DNA from: Trichoplax adhaerens
Lineage: Eukaryota > Animalia > Placozoa
Length of the DNA: 64,000 bases
Reading direction: 5' to 3'
Assembly (NCBI RefSeq): GCF_000150275.1
Contig: NW_002060943.1
Location: 2,076,987-2,140,986, forward strand
Shown here: piece after piece, positions 25,929 to 38,475 of the stretch
Layout: each line of letters starts with the position of its first letter
Position numbering within the stretch: position 1 is the stretch's first letter
Notes under the pieces: model-generated
The model's database searches: none
What the model saw: only the letters and a program-made list of their open reading frames with translations
What the model was told of the DNA's origin: nothing
Made by a program: the position numbers and the translations under genes

Positions 25929-28900
25929 TTAACTGTCATTGGCTTCCTAATAGAAAATGCAAAAATACGTTAGCTTTCTTTATAATAGTCGCATTTTAAA
26001 TTACAGTCACATGACGATAGTAAAATCCGGTATATATGTTACGTATATACGGGTAAACACACTGCACTCACAACCGCTTCAGCTTCTATGGATACGCTTT
26101 CTTTCTATGATGAGTTCTGTAATGTTTTAAATATCAAGAATCGTCGTTAATTAGATTTAATCTTTTATAACAAACTTTTTATCCCCAAAGTAAGCTATTA
26201 ATACACTCACAGTGCCCATTAGATATAAAATTCGAGTCAATTTGAAAAAAGTGCTATGTAAATACAGTAATGTGAAATTCATGATAGGTAATTCACTCAC
26301 AGTGTTGCCATCATCTGTAACATTTTCTGCTGGCGTTGGTTGATCTTGCGGTTGTTTACGGGTATCTTCTTCAGCAAATTTTTGAAACATTTTATTATAT
26401 CGTTTTTTCTCCATTGCTCTTTCTGCATTATGAAGATGCAGTGCTCTTGCCGATAACTGCTTGGCAGCTTTATTTTCAGGCTCAAGTTTCAATAATTCTT
26501 GCAAGCCTTTGTATGCAATGAGATAATCTTTCATGCCAATTTGAGCCTGAAATAGACTATTGATTAGTAAGTTTTACACACGAGAAGTATCAAAATTTTC
26601 GTTAGTGTTAATTTACCTGCGCTTTACGATACATCGCTTTAATATTATTATTATCAAGTTCAAGAGCCTATACAAGTAGGTAATACCGGTATTAAATCAG
26701 AATGAGATGGCATTGAAAAGTTCTCCTACTGTACGCTTTTTAAATACCTTATCACATGCAGAGCAAGCAGCGTCAAAGTCGTCAATTTTCAAATTACATG
26801 CCGCTTCATTTAAACGACCGGCCAATTTCAATTCAGATGCTGAACTTTTCTGTTCATCACTAAAGTCATCGGTATCCGCCAAAATACTAGCAATATCAGC
26901 GTAACTCTTCAAGGCAAGTTTCATTTTCATTGCCTAGCAGCACCGTATGCAAAAAATATTTAAACATTATTTCCATCTTTAACAATCCCCATATATCAGA
27001 AACAAGGAGTTTAAACAAATTGAAATTCTTTACTTTAAAGAATTCCGTTCCACGGCTCTTGCGACTCCGTGCACATTCCAATTTTTTATCTTGATCCATA
27101 TTCCAAGGAGTTAATTGCTATTTTATAGAGAAAGGGAAAATAAATATTTGCTAACTTTTAAATGTCTTTAGCGATAGGAACATTGGTGAATGAATGAGAC
27201 ACCTCTTCCAACCACTTTAGTTCGATTTCATACTCAAGAGATGCATTAGGGGGAATCGATAGCTCAGTATTGCCCTTTTCACCGAATCCATAAGCAGGTG
27301 AAACGGAAACAGCAGCTATTTCGCCTTGTTTTAACTTGAGGATAGCAGTTTCAATGATTGGCAATATGCCAGCACTATTGCCTATAACATATAGACATGA
27401 AAATTATTGCAATTTAACTAAGAAATAGAGATTGGGAATTTAAAAACATCATGCAGCACTTTACAAATTCTAAGGAAATTTGGGATTGTTATCTACTGTA
27501 TACGACCACATACAACTCCTTACTCTATGCCGTATGCAATATATTACGGGTATACCGTATTTCATAAAACAACAGAGACAGCTATTCACTACATGCTACG
27601 TAAGAAAGTTATTAATAACAATCATGTATTAGTCGGGTTCGATATTACTATTAACTAACCGTCGCCAATAAAGAATCGCACATCCTTATCTTCAAAGACA
27701 TTGCTTTCGTTGGAACCCTTGATATGTACTAACAAGATATCATAGGAAGCAAAATGTTATATAATTTTGAAAATGAATACTTTGCCAATTTTACACACAG
27801 CAATACTTTATCGCGTTGGTAATACAGTAGTAAAAAATAGATAGGCTATCATTTCATTTCTTACTATACAAAGTGGTAGGCTAGCTACGTTACTGTAAGA
27901 ATGAAAATATATTGTAGCTATAATGTACGTCGATCAAAGCTTTAGTTTACTGTATCGAACCTTCCACTTCCATCCCTTCCTCAGGTGTATCGAATTCACT
28001 GTCACATCGTTTGATCATCGCCATAGAAGCACCACCATCATTTGATAGCTCTATTATATTCCAATTAAATAATTCAACTTCGAACACCAAGGTGGCGTTG
28101 GGTGGAATTGTGGGAGGAGAACCCGATTCCCCATAGGCATAGTCAGCACGGCAAGTTAGCTGACAAATCTCTCCTTTCTTCATTGTAGCCACACCGAGAT
28201 CCCATGCTTTGATTACTCTTCCTGTAAAAGCAGATATTAGCCGTTCATTAGCTTTTTTGAGATCAAATCTTTTACATGCTCTATACATTACTATACTACT
28301 ACGATAAAAATGATAAACCTAGACTTAAGGCTATATGAGTCAAAGTAAGTATATGCATAATAGACGTAGGGTACTCGAGTAGGTTTGAATTAAGTACGTA
28401 CATGGTAAATTATATTCTGCAAACGATTGCATTAGCAACCGGTGATAATTTCAAAAAGGAGTATAGAAAAACTATGATTATTGATTTAGTGCAAGACCGA
28501 AAATGATAGCAATCCATTGACTTTCATGGCAGCATTTATAAGCTATATTGTATTGTTGTTTTGCATCTACGGCGGTAGAGTATTCTAAGTTTTGCTTCTA
28601 AAGCATTGTCGTATGTATTTACAGACTACATCAAGGGTCTATAAGGCATAGAACTGCAGCTACAAAGGAAGTCCTAAACATTGTAATCTATTAGTGTAAG
28701 GAGGTCATCAATCGATTGAACGAGCTCTACCTGTGCGATATGTGTATTGCCCTAGGATTGTTTCAAATTTTGAGATTGACTTGTAAAGCTTTCAAGGACT
28801 AGCGAATGGTAAAGTTTGGTTTGTTTTAGTTTGAATAAAAAAAGTACAAGTCAAGACAGTGCTAGGATTGGCCATAACACATACTGTCTATATTTGTACG

Positions 28901-29532
28901 GCTCCATTGCTGTAGCTGCTATGCTTCACCTCGGATCTCGGTATAGTATTGATGCACTGCACATACACTGTTTGGATCGCCGTGCAAAGATTTGCAACTC
29001 ATTACTGCATCCATTACAACAATAATCCGTGGTAGTTACTTTGAACTCTTTTACGTTATTGAACGCCAAGATCAAGTCCGATATTGCATCATTAATACAT
29101 AATTAAGACTACGACTAGATACGCGTAAAGTTAAGGCGATAAGAGGACATTGATCGCTTTCTTTATGAGATAAGCGACTTCATTGGCTGGTCGATGGCTT
29201 ATGATATTGACTATTTTGTATTTACAGTATGTTGGCTTAATCCTACTTCAGTAAAATATGTATTACGGCTATTATAAAGGAAAATGGAATACTGTTGTAC
29301 CTTTTCCAAGTTCGAATTTGAAAAAGCTATCCCGATCACGGCTTGAGTCAAATTTAGTTCCATCAAGCAGAGTACCAACATAGTGAACAACCACTTCATC
29401 TCCACTTTGTGGCGTACTATCTCCATTACCCTGCCTTTTAATCAACTTCAACACTCCACCATCTTTATCGGGAGTAATATCTTCACCTTCTCCTGGTGCA
29501 TTTGCATTCACTTGTGGTTGTTCATCAGCCAT
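25929..29532 (-). CDS. FKBP4: FK506-binding protein FKBP4/5 (FKBP52-like PPIase and TPR co-chaperone), about 10 exons
   Basis: FK1 domain ([25 protein letters not shown]|[18 protein letters not shown]...[13 protein letters not shown]), FK2 domain (YGFGEKG...[13 protein letters not shown]), TPRs ([47 protein letters not shown]) and EKKRYNKMF. Short terminal exons [11 protein letters not shown] and EANDS* end at the stop 25929-25931. Confidence 0.92.
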
Positions 29533-29748
29533 GTTGAGGATATTGTCACGATAAGATTTCGCCTGCTATTAAAATGATGCAGATCGAAACTGATTGCAAT
29601 CTTCAATCCTGGAGATTTTTCTAAGGTAGGTATTGGAAAAGCAGCAAGCACAGCTAGAGCGTTGAGCTAACCACTGAGCTTTTGTAACATACTAACACGT
29701 GTTACCGTTGGTACTGACAGAGTTCCCTCTTGCCACTGAGCTCAGCTT

Positions 29749-29763
29749 GGAAGCTTCCAGAAT
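29749..29763. promoter_or_regulatory. Heat-shock element (three alternating nGAAn units)
   Basis: gGAAgcTTCcaGAAt, about 220 bp upstream of the FKBP4 ATG. Confidence 0.7.
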
Positions 29764-32700
29764 TCCAGCAACGTGCACTGTAGAGTAACAGTGTACAGTA
29801 CTGTAAGTATCGTCCCGTGGTCAGTCCGACTGTATATTAATTAGCTGGTTAATTTATAGAGGATTCGACGTCGTCATGGCGGCCAATAACTCAAATTATT
29901 CTGTACTACGTTTGACAGTTATTTACAGTTCAGTTATCGCTCGATGTTCCTTCAAAATACGAGTAGAGGAATTTTCATCATTTGTCAATCAATCATAAAT
30001 AAATATACCGGTAATATTAAAACAAAAATAACAAAAGAGAAATATTCAGAAGGCGCATACATTAATCGGATTATAGTCTACATGCTGTAAATAGCCTTGA
30101 CAGTTGTGAATGATTGATAGCTGTGATCGCAGTCAAGGAAGGCCTGCAACATTGTATTCAAGTTATTCGCTGAAAATACTCGGCTTGCATACGCATAGAC
30201 AACGAATGAGCCACAAACAACAAATTGATGATCTGCGTATACTGTAGTATAGAATATCAATGGATAATTAATCATTCATTACTCTTACTAATATTATTAT
30301 TATTATTAATAGTCTTGGATATATTGTACGATGCATCAGTATACGTACTGCACTGTACTTTACTAATAACACTGTACTACTAATATAACTTTTACTTTTA
30401 CTGAACTAAGTTATTCGGTTTGCATAGACAACTAGAGACCAATGAATTCCTAATTGGTTATACCCTATCAACGGATATAGTCAGTACAGTATACGAGTAT
30501 CTCATACTGTACTTTATAGAAAACTATGGGCATTTTTTATGCTCTCGGTCGGTTTTCTTTTGAATGAAATCACACAAAATTGCAGTTCAACATTCTCCAG
30601 AGAACAACTACAAAGTAATAACAAAATCACAAATGGATTGAATACTGTAGAGTATCATGGATATACTGTACACTGAGTGTACAGTAGGCGTCCATTAGAA
30701 ACTGCAGGCATCTCTCATGCTGCAGGCTCGGTTTCTTTGCAATGAAAGCGCACCATTGAGTGCAAATAGTCTAATTACTGGAGAACTAGGGCTGCCGAAC
30801 AATGAATGATATTATTCATTGTGCTTAAGTTATCCACCCCAATTTTGTTTTCTAACTTATCTATTTTGATAGACTGCTGCTGTACTGGGTAAGTCCATAT
30901 GGACTGTGTTGTCTGTCTCGTGTCTACCCTATCATTTACTGTCATGGTGTAACTTACTACCGTACACTAGATAGTAACTATCTATCCAGGAAAGCAGGAA
31001 AGAGTGCCAAAGGTTTTACCTTTCATCTCTATGGTTACTAGAGACTATAGTCCAGGCTTGTCATGGTGATGGTGACATCATTAGGCTACCCGATTGATTT
31101 TCTACCATCTACTGTACGCTTGCAAAGGTAGCATGCAGTACAAAAACAAGGAGAAAATTGGCCTTTCTCGTCTCGCGATGATCAGCTCAATGACTGGAAA
31201 AAACTTGAGCCATTTGTGCCCATGTCCGCGTCTCCTCTTGTCCCATCCCTCTCCCTCTCCATTTCTAGTACCCAGTACAATTTGGCGTGACTTTTTCTCA
31301 GCCAATGAACTATCACTATGGGTAGGCTTGGCACCACCCACATGGCGGTTCGTGGAAAGCACAACAACAGATCAGCATTAGACATTTAGACTAGAGTTTG
31401 ACCTTCGTCGAGTTCAAGCATGGTTCAAGCATGATGACAGAGGTTATACACTATACAAGCGGCTAAATTGGAGGTAGTACGTAAGTAGACACGCAGTCGT
31501 TCATCCACTATCAAATCACGTAGCTAAAGGTTTGATCTCGGATCCATTTTGCAGTTGTAAATCATTTGGCGTTTAGGTGTTATTGCATCACCAGATTATA
31601 TCGCAAGTATTTAACTGATCCAGACAGTCCATTTCATTTTATTGCATCAAGATGGCCATGGAGTTTCTCCCAACATTTGCCAAAAATTGGTACTATTCGT
31701 ACTGCGAATACCTGCAACAAAGCGGTAAGACGAGATGGCAGTTGTGATAGCAAGCATGTCATGGTAATGTGTGCTAAAATGATCCAGTCTAGGATCGTAG
31801 TAGGCGGTAGTACCATAATATTGAAAGGCTTTTCCTCCTTTAATATCACTGTATCGTCGTACATAGGCAATGAATTGATTCCACAGCATGCTTGATCGGC
31901 TTATCGTTCAACGAAAGTATTGTACTTCCCAAAGCAACTATAGGATAGCAGGCCGGCTACTGATGACACATTAATCGTGCTGTAGTACTGTACACTACTT
32001 GCGCTAGATCTAGCCTAGCCTGGCATAAATTACTTGTATATCAAGAGCGAAATGATGGAATGACTGTCCTACCAAGCTTTACTTTTAATTGAATCAATAC
32101 TGACTCTGTCTATACGAATTCTATACAATCAATCAATTTTATTACATCGATAAACCAAAGGATTCTTGATTTAAAAAAGATTCGCGATACAATACAACCG
32201 GCTATGCCACTATGGATAATATTATTGAAAAAAGCATGTCAGTCAAACTAGTAGTATTTGCTTCCATTTCTCACATGATATGTATTAGTTGCGTCTCAAT
32301 GTCATTCACACGGTACCGGTGATGCATTTGTACAGTTGTAGCGATAATTGCCTATTTTGGGGATAGTTCGTTGAGAGCTTATAGATGGATTGCAATCATT
32401 TACTCATCGATAATGCATACGACAAATCGTTGGGATTTCCAATCCACACCGACCATACCTGTTGATGAACGTTTGAACGAGCGAGAAACGTTTTGAGGGT
32501 AGTTCAACTTCAGGGTTACTACAGGATAGCGGAATCGAAGCTGCACTACATGATCCTGTTGTAGTTGCTTCAGAATTACATGTGATATGGAGATGAACTG
32601 TGTTAATCCATCGTCGATGAGACGCTAATTCCTACTACTTTACTTATTGAGTATCAACTCCTATTACCGTATATCAACACCAGTACGTAACCATAACAGT

Positions 32701-33211
32701 AGTAGTAAAACTGTGTACAATTTTCCTTCCTGAAGAGTTAAGAGTTGATTGAAACTGTACTGGACCCATGAATGAATTGATTGATGATATAATATTGGCA
32801 AGGAAAAGTCATGAGGTTATCGTACTGCACAGTTATTCGATAGATAAACAATGAAATTGTACTTTGATCTTGAAATTGCTTTCATAATGAATACGGGTGT
32901 GCCTTTGCTGGTCTTTAAATCACTATACAGAACACGTGCAAAACAATCATTTCGTATAATACGATATAACCAACCATAGGCACTGTTTGATTTATAGCCT
33001 CAATAGAAATCGATCGATTCTAATGAATTAATATGGTAACGAGTCGAAAATCCCTAATAACAAGAATACAAGATATTCTTATTAATTTATTTTTCCATCA
33101 ATACTCAGTATATTACAGTTTACGGAAGTACGTATGATTGTGTTCCTTCAGTAGTTTATATAATGTATTATATTATTATTTTTATTATTAACACTAGCGT
33201 ACAGTAGATAG

Positions 33212-33527
33212 CATGTAACGGCGGCTTTTCCTACTAGATAATTAATAAGAATTTGACTGTTCATTCGTTATACTATAATAGTATTAATTTACATTTCATA
33301 GTCTAGTAATCCGCTGCATAGTGAGGGCAAATAAAGGCCAGATTATCCCTGATCAACAGACTATAGTCATGTAACGGCGGCTTTTCGTACTAGATAATTA
33401 ATAAGAATTTGACTGTTCATTCGTTATACTATAATAGTATTAATTTACATTTCATAGTCTAGTAATCCGCTGCATATTGAGGGCAAATAAAGGTCAGATT
33501 ATCCCTGATCAACAGACTATAGTCATG
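33212..33527. repeat. Recent 156-bp direct tandem duplication
   Basis: Two units begin catgtaacggcggc at 33212 and 33368, with 3 substitutions seen; CATG recurs at 33524. Confidence 0.9.
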
Positions 33528-35174
33528 CACAATTGCCTATACACTACTCATATGTTACGTTTCGACATTTTATGACTGAAATCTCCACGAGAACTGTACT
33601 GTTAAGTACTGTACGGTATAAACAGCGGTGGTGCTGTGGACTGTACTTATTTTTTTACACTTTCTTTATTATTACCGCCAAGTACTCCAATACTTAGCTA
33701 TCAAAATATCTATATTTAGTCTACAGTTGAGATCATGAAGATGTCAGTGCGGGTAAAAAAACAGTATGGGTACAGACAGCATTGACTATTCTACTGAGGA
33801 ACCTTTTAAAATTAATGCTTGCAACGTATGCATTGGCAAGCGCAATGACAGCAATTGAGATTTTTAGTTGAATCTAGGCGTGATAGTCAATCAACACGGA
33901 CTGAACACTTTGAGCACAGTTACCTTTATGTACATACAGTACGAGTATAGTACAACACGCTAGCATTCGACTAATAAAGGACTTTAAAAAATGAATGCCA
34001 ATTCAAATCGTATTCGTTATCCGTATACAAAGTTGCGATCAATAATGTTATACACATTTAATGCTCAATGAGCATTGTTTATATCATAACTCCTTTAAAG
34101 TTGAGTTAAATACGCGCAGATGTCCGAGCTGCTCATTAAGGAGCAATCACTGTAATCGTTATGGATGTATCCCAGGCGAATTTTATACCCAATTTTTACA
34201 GTGCAATTTCTTGTAATAGACATTCTATAGAAAAGATCTCTATTCCATACTGTTGTACCCTATATAATGGAGCATAAGGTGGTGTGCAATATCAATAGGA
34301 TCCGCTGTAGCTCTAGAATTATAGTAATTTATGACAATATACAAATTCCAAAAGCAAGTGCTGATGGTTTGGATGTTTTATTTGTCTACAATATATTGTA
34401 ATCTGCGATGATGTCTACCGTATAGGAGTATTAAGCGAAAATACTTGCTGGACCCTAACCACTGTAATAATGATATTAAAGCATACCGTTATAGAACTGT
34501 ATACCATGCACATCACGTGGATGTCAGATTCATTAAAGTAAATTAATATATAGGTATAAATGACTAAACGCCGTACTATCAAAATAATGAATAACTAGGT
34601 TGTAACCATGACCTCATTATTAATGATTTTACAAATGGCCGTGATGCGCATTCTTTACCATGAAATATACCGTTGCGCGTCCAATGGGCATATATTCATG
34701 TGCATGTAATACTGTAGTACTCACAGCTAATTATTGTATAATTCACTCTTATAAGTACCCCGGCCTATTCGGCAAAGCTAGGAGGTCATGTAAATACGTA
34801 CATACGGATAAAATGTTACATTCCTTGCTATGTACTGTACATCATACATTAATCCAGTATAGTATAATATTAAAACAAGTAATATTGCTTACTGGCACCA
34901 ATTAACCCCTGACTATAGTACATAACCGATACTATCGATAAAACTACTTTTATAAGCAGCTGCCATTAATTCATTTCTTACCTTTATAATTAATAGTTTA
35001 GTTTAAATACATGTATTTGGAAATTTTTGGAGTGTTTCTACTTCAACGGTAGATTTATTATCAGTAAAGAGCTTAGAATTATTAAATGTATATTAAAGCG
35101 CTTCAACCTCTTTGCTTTATAACTATTAATTTGATGGTACACGTATATTGAATAATTGCGACTTTATTTTCTAG

Positions 35175-37244
35175 ATCCTAGGGTTAAGAACTGGCCTTTG
35201 ATGGAATCGCTTACTCCCACTTTGATTATAAGTTGCTTGTATTTATTGGTCGTCTATGTTGGTCCGAAGATAATGAGATCCAGAGAGGCCCTGAATCTGA
35301 ATAGAATTATGATTATATACAATTTTTGCATTGTATTACTATCTTTCCATATGTTTAGAAAGGTATCTTTATTACTGCAGTATACTGCTTGCAATTCAGT
35401 GAAAAAAATTTATGTATATCAATGATTCCTAATTTCCATTTGTCAAGCGTACCTACCTTTTTCATGCTATTTTCCTATTTTTGAGAGAAGCTATGATATT
35501 TTGAGACGTTATTCGTAATAAATTTTAAATTCTATCATTAAACTCTTACTATAGGTGCTGATGTGTGCGATATTGGCCAACTACTCCTGGACAAAATGCC
35601 AAAGTGTGGTATTTTCCAAAGATCCAAATGAATTTAAGGTAATATTCTTCTTAAAAATATTAATTCCGGGTTGTTGGCATTGTTTCTACCTGTACTAACC
35701 TTACTTTCATATTTTACCAAGATGGCAGAAATACTTTGGTTGTATTATTTTTCGAAAATAATTGAACTGTTAGATACGGTAAAGGCTTTTTAAGATTCAT
35801 CAAAATTGCACATTTTATTATAACTATTGTAATGCACTTGAATACGTATTAACCGTTACGTATTATGCCTATAGTAGGTCATTTTATTATTTTTTGAAAT
35901 TTCATTTCATTTAATAATTACCAGCGCTATAATTCCTCAACAGATATTCTTCATATTAAGAAAAAAGGAAAGCCAAATCACCTTTCTACACGTTTATCAT
36001 CATGCTAGCATGATGATTTTGTGGTGGCTAAATGTTAAATGGGGTGCTGGTAAGTATAATTTTATCGTACAGAGTAGCTCATTCGGTTATTATTTAGTTA
36101 ACATCACTTTTTATTATCGATTACAGGGGGACAAGGTAAAACTGAGCTCGTCCATGAAATTTGTCTGTATGAATACTTTCGGTCATGCTTATAAACTAAC
36201 CTTACTTTTCAAACGGTTTCAGCTTTTTTTGGCCCATTGTGCAATTCTTTAATCCATGTATTTATGTATCTATATTACGGACTATCTGCACTTGGTCCAA
36301 AATATAGAAAGTATACATGGTGGAAGAAATACATGACTACTATGCAATTGGTAAGCTATAAGGATTATTTATAGAGATGAAATTGTAAATTATCAAGATA
36401 TGCTGTTATTTTAGAACTCATCGCTAATATTCGTACTGTACTCCTATTTACATAATTCGTAAGTTGCAACCAACGATAATTAGAGCTAAATTAGAGTTCA
36501 ATGACTAAATAGTGGTATGGTACCCTTACTGAGATATTATGGAAATTAAGTTAATTGTGGAGGAGTGATCTTAATTCCTAGATATAGCAGATTGTGACGG
36601 ACTAATGACGCGTCATTGATGCTCATTGTACAAGTATATTATCGTTCAGCATCTTATAGAACGTTTTAAGTTCTTAAAAATCGCTTTGCTTCTAGTTATT
36701 CCGACGCAACATAAATGCATAAAGCAATATTTCAGTACCATAACATTCCTGTTGCTCATCTAGATTATTGCATAGAATGCTATATTTCTTTTCCTAACTG
36801 CTATAGTTTAATTACCTAAAGTGTTGCATTGGGCTTCTATCGAAAGCTAGCAATTTAACGTGCTAATTTTACAACAATAGAAGCCTGTCAGTAATTGATT
36901 AGGAGTATGACCAATAGTTTTTTAGAAGGATATCTTATGACTATCTTATTATTACCTATATAGTTCACTATTTGATCATTATGATATTATACATATTAAA
37001 TATTAGAATAGGAGTTTTCTCTCTGTTTCATGCAAACATTATTTAAAATTTGCTATATTTATTGATTTCGCAGACCCAGTTCGTCATTGTGATCATCCAT
37101 ACAATACTTGGATTAGTATATGTTGGTGATTGTAGTTACCCAACGTGGATGAAGTGGCTATTATTTTTTTACATGAATTCCTTGCTTGTTCTCTTCATGA
37201 ATTTTTATAGGAAAGCTTATCAGAAAAAGCCTAAGCAACAATAG
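35175..37244 (+). CDS. Very-long-chain fatty acid elongase (ELOVL4-like); 5' end not resolved
   Basis: Exons 35175-35362, 35555-35638, 35722-35778, 35944-36049, 36127-36135, 36223-36350 and 37074-37244 give [54 protein letters not shown] and a Lys-rich C-terminus. A probable upstream exon ends at 35048 (WKFLECFYFN). Confidence 0.92.
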
Positions 37245-38475
37245 TATAATGTAAAGCGATTTTTTCATTCTTAGCAATATTAAAATTCTCTGCATAAGTA
37301 GATATTGACAACGGTGATGAATTTACCCATAAATTCTATATCATGATTTGATTACTCTTGGGAGTGTTTGCACAAAATTATGAATTCTCTTTCATATTCG
37401 ATGTAAATAGTTACATCGTATTCATTATGTAGTATTTTTCGTCTCATTTATGGCCTAAAGTTACATTTTGTGATAGTATCATCATATTGTATACCATTTA
37501 ACCCCCAAGTCTCCTAGATGAAAGTAATTGGAATGATAATAATGTTAATATAATAATAATAAATAATAACGCAGTTAACCATATTGAGCTATACGTGTAC
37601 TACCCATCCAGATACACATTTTTGCCAATCTTTAAGATATTTTTATCTTAATAAATATCATCACAAACTTAGATCAATATTCGAGTGTGGTCTTTAGGTG
37701 CATTGGCGCACTCCAATGCTGTATACAATATAGCCATAACGCAATACAACCATGCGAGATCGATTGGTAATAATTATTGAAAATTTAATATTTAAAATAT
37801 AAGGAAAGTAATTGCGGTAAGGCTCGTAGAATAACTGCCATAAAAATTCATACATATGTCACTACGCCAGCAATCTTAAGAGATTTTATTCGTAATCATT
37901 TATAAGTAACATCCGTATTCAACGTGCTAAACGAAAATACTTTAACAAGCAAATTTAAGCGGACGTAGAGAGCGCACACAAGGTTGTGTACTCTCTAACC
38001 TTAGAATACTTTTTTTGGTAATTCTTGTAGTCGTGGTTATGTATCACTGTACATATCGCATACCTAGCTTAACAAGTTCATACATATAATTATTCATAAT
38101 TAAAAAGGGTTAAAAAAGCTTTCATTTCCATGATCTATGTTACAAAACCATATGTTTCGGTTCAAAATTTGCAGGTATGAAGCAATGAATCATATTTTTA
38201 CAAGGATAGCACAGTACGTCGTACTGCAATACTGTGCTGGTATCTAGTTGTAGTCGATATTTAGATTTAATTTACCTAAATTCAGGACATTATCAATTGT
38301 TATGAAAATGAAAATTATAATAGCATACAAGTATCGATAGCAATGTAGATTAAATAACGACTGCGTGGTAGTAATTAGTTAATGCAAGTATCATTACCCG
38401 CATTATATTATGAATTAGGTTTTTAAGATATCTTGGTCAGCTTATTTACAAATCGCCTATGTGCATAAAAATAAC

